DNA of 64,000 nt from Phaeosaccion multiseriatum (lineage: Eukaryota > Protista > Ochrophyta, other classes), in assembly GCA_965112735.1 (NCBI GenBank), contig OZ218950.1, forward strand, positions 4,340,001-4,404,000, given 5' to 3'. The notes beneath the pieces are model-generated. The model did not search any database, was not told the origin of the DNA, and worked only from the letters and a program-made list of their open reading frames with translations. Position 1 is the stretch's first letter; the number at the start of each line of letters is the position of its first letter. Below, one piece after another: positions 61,849 to 64,000 of this stretch. The translations under genes were made by a program, and so were the position numbers.

Positions 61849-64000
61849 CTACAACTGCGCTGCGCCACTCCGCTTCTGCCTGACGACCAGCACGCACATT
61901 AGCATTACCACAAGTACAACAAGAGCCACCGAGTCGGCTTTGCTCCCACCCCCACCGCCATCACTCCCATGCGCCTCCTTCCAGCCGTGCCGGCTCCACC
62001 GTTTGAGCAACACGAGCAAGCCGCCTTCGGCAGAGGACCCTTCTCGCGAGGGCAGCAGCACCGCATGGGGCCCTCCTTGCCCTCCTCCTCCTCCTCCACC
62101 ACCACCACCACCACCACCACCGCCAGCACTGCCATCACTGCCGCCTCCACCCACCCACATGATGGCCAGGCCCCTGCACGTCTGCTGCCACCCCTCCGTC
62201 ACTTGACGCGTCTGCGCCTGCAAGGCTCTGACCCAGGAGGGCAACCAGCTCGCCGACGATGAGAAAGCCGACAGTGATCCTCCTCCCTCGCCATAGGAGT
62301 ATTCGAACCCCGGACTAAACGCCCCTGCACCGAGTGCCTTGTGCACCGCCAGCCGCGCTCTTGTGAATAGCACGAGGACTCGCAAGGGCATGGACAGCCA
62401 CGACCCCGACCCCGATACTGAATCGGCCATGCCTTCCACTCTGCCGTAGTAGATAGCAGCAAGGTCGAGGTCGGCCTCCACCCCGAGCCCAAACTCATAC
62501 ATGTACCCCATGTTGTAGTAGCCCTGCGCCAGGCCTGACGACGCTGCCCTGGAGTACCACCACGCCGCTCTTATGGGGTCCCGAGGCATGCCCCCTTGAC
62601 CGTAGAAGAAGGCATCCCCGAGGGGCAAAAAAGCTTCCGCCTTGCCTTCGGAGGCCTCCATGACGTGATATCGCACTGACACGGCGCGTTTCCACCCCTG
62701 TGCTTCTTCATTAGAGGAGGGACGATGATGATGCAAAGAGCCACGCTCATGATTCTCCCAACCTTGGTCTTGGTCGGCCTCGCTACCATGACCACCACCA
62801 CCACCACCACCACCACCACCATCGCCACTATCGACGCTGCCACCATCGCTGCTCCTCTCCGACTGCGGCAGGGTGTCTGTCTGGCCGTGATGGTCCTGAA
62901 GAGGCGCCGCAAGAGGCGGCCCGAGGAGAAGGTTGGGCTTATTGTCCACGAGGAAGGCCACGTTGCTGCCCGCTACCTCATACCCCATCTCACTCGCAAT
63001 AGCGTAGGCCATGACCGAGCACCCTGAGCGAGAGAATGGGGAAGGGGGGAGGGGGAAGGGGGGAGGGGGAAGGGGAGGGAGGCAGGAGGAGATGAGTGAG
63101 GTAGCTGGGTAGGCAGGCAGGCAAGGAGGGAGGGTGGGAGGGAGGGAAGGAGGGAAGGAGGGAAGGAGGGAAGGAGGGAAGGAGGGAAGGAGGGAGGGAA
63201 GGAGGGAAGGAGGGAAGGAGGGAAGGAAGGAAGGAAGGAAGGAAGGAAGGAAGGAAGGAAGGAAGGAAGGAAGGAAGGAAGGAAGGAAGGAAGGAAGGAA
63301 GGAAGGAAGGAAGGAAGGAAGGAAGGAAGGAAGGAAGGAAGGAAGGAAAGAAGGAAGGAAGGAAGGAAGGAAGGAAGGAAGGAAGGAAGGAAGGAAGGAA
63401 GGAAGGAAGGAAGGAGGGAAGGAGATGGAGGTCCAGAGAGCGAGCAAGACAGCGACCGAGAGAGAGAACGAAGGAAGTCCGCCCACTCACCGAGGTCCTT
63501 CTGCAGGTAGCAGTCGAAGCCCTGGCGGACGAGCTTGCCCCACGTTCCGGCCAAGGCGGCCGGCAAGAGGTACTTGGCCGCCTCTGCCCCGCTACGCTTC
63601 CCACCCTTCACCCCCTCCCCCTTAAGGTGCATGCCACCGAGCTCGTAAGCCGAGTCGAAGTGGCCGTGAGAGTGCGCCGCTACCGCAAACAGCCTCGCTG
63701 CCTCCGCCTTATCCTCCCGTGTGCCCAGCCCTCTTCTCAGCATGTGACCGGCGTTGTAGCATCCGTCTCCGTCGCCCCCATCGGCCGCCCGCCGAAACAG
63801 CGCATAGGCCTGCGTCAGATTCTGCTCCAGCTCCGCCCCGAAAAAGTACTCATACGCCAGCCCATTCAGTGCGCGAGTGCTGCCCTCGTCGGCGGCGGCC
63901 TGTGGTACGATTTCAGGTTCAGTTTCAGTTTCCCGTTTCAGGTTCAGTTCTTTTACCCCGACCAATGCACTGCCATGGTATCGAGAACTGATACATCGAT
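61849..64000 (-). CDS. SEL1-repeat protein with C-terminal TM anchor (SEL1L/Hrd3-like), 5'-partial
   Basis: ALNGLAYEYFFGAELEQNLTQAYALFRRAA, GCYNAGHMLRRGLG, AYELGGMHLKGEG, ASEMGYEVAGSNVAFL, LGDAFFYGQG, GYYNMGYMYEFGLG; terminal TM VALVVLVVMLMCVLVV. Confidence 0.88.
63140..63422. repeat. (GGAA)n intronic microsatellite
   Basis: Long perfect GGAA run preceded by GGAAGGAG units. Confidence 0.95.

Noticed and set aside
7345-63625. Many ORF-track entries made of poly-CV, HT, PSFL, EGRK, LLL or SSS
   Set aside because: They are translations of intronic microsatellites or antisense shadows of real exons.

Overview
GC-rich, intron-dense eukaryotic genomic DNA with many microsatellite-filled GT-AG introns. 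Signal peptides followed by an 'AF/GF' motif suggest a secondary-plastid alga, probably an ochrophyte stramenopile (inference). From 6.5 kb to the end there are about 12 mostly ordinary spliced genes: a plastid BASS transporter, a UBA-UAS-UBX p97 cofactor, a TauE/SafE transporter, a PDZ + 2Fe-2S ferredoxin, a CYP7/8-like P450, a CSRNP-like Cys-rich protein with an embedded SAP motif, an OSCA/TMEM63 channel, a longin-like protein, a peroxisomal multifunctional beta-oxidation enzyme, an RCC1-repeat/PT-repeat multi-pass membrane protein, an NSF-like AAA ATPase, and a partial SEL1L/Hrd3-like gene. A broken SufD fragment is also present. The standout is 1-6.2 kb. This is a 5'-truncated, multi-exon gene whose last exons encode a Fanzor2/TnpB-type RuvC + zinc-ribbon module (DPGVRTF, rearranged RuvC-II, CxxC-CxxC, RD). 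Its first visible exon encodes a zinc-dependent nucleotide deaminase domain (HAE...PCxxC). Canonical phase-compatible introns join the exons into one protein of about 1,700 aa or more, apart from a single +1 frameshift near 1908. A hairpin-rich candidate omegaRNA follows. If the fusion is real, it would be a natural deaminase-Fanzor, i.e. a base-editor-like RNA-guided system. All gene models are manual reconstructions with no transcript support.
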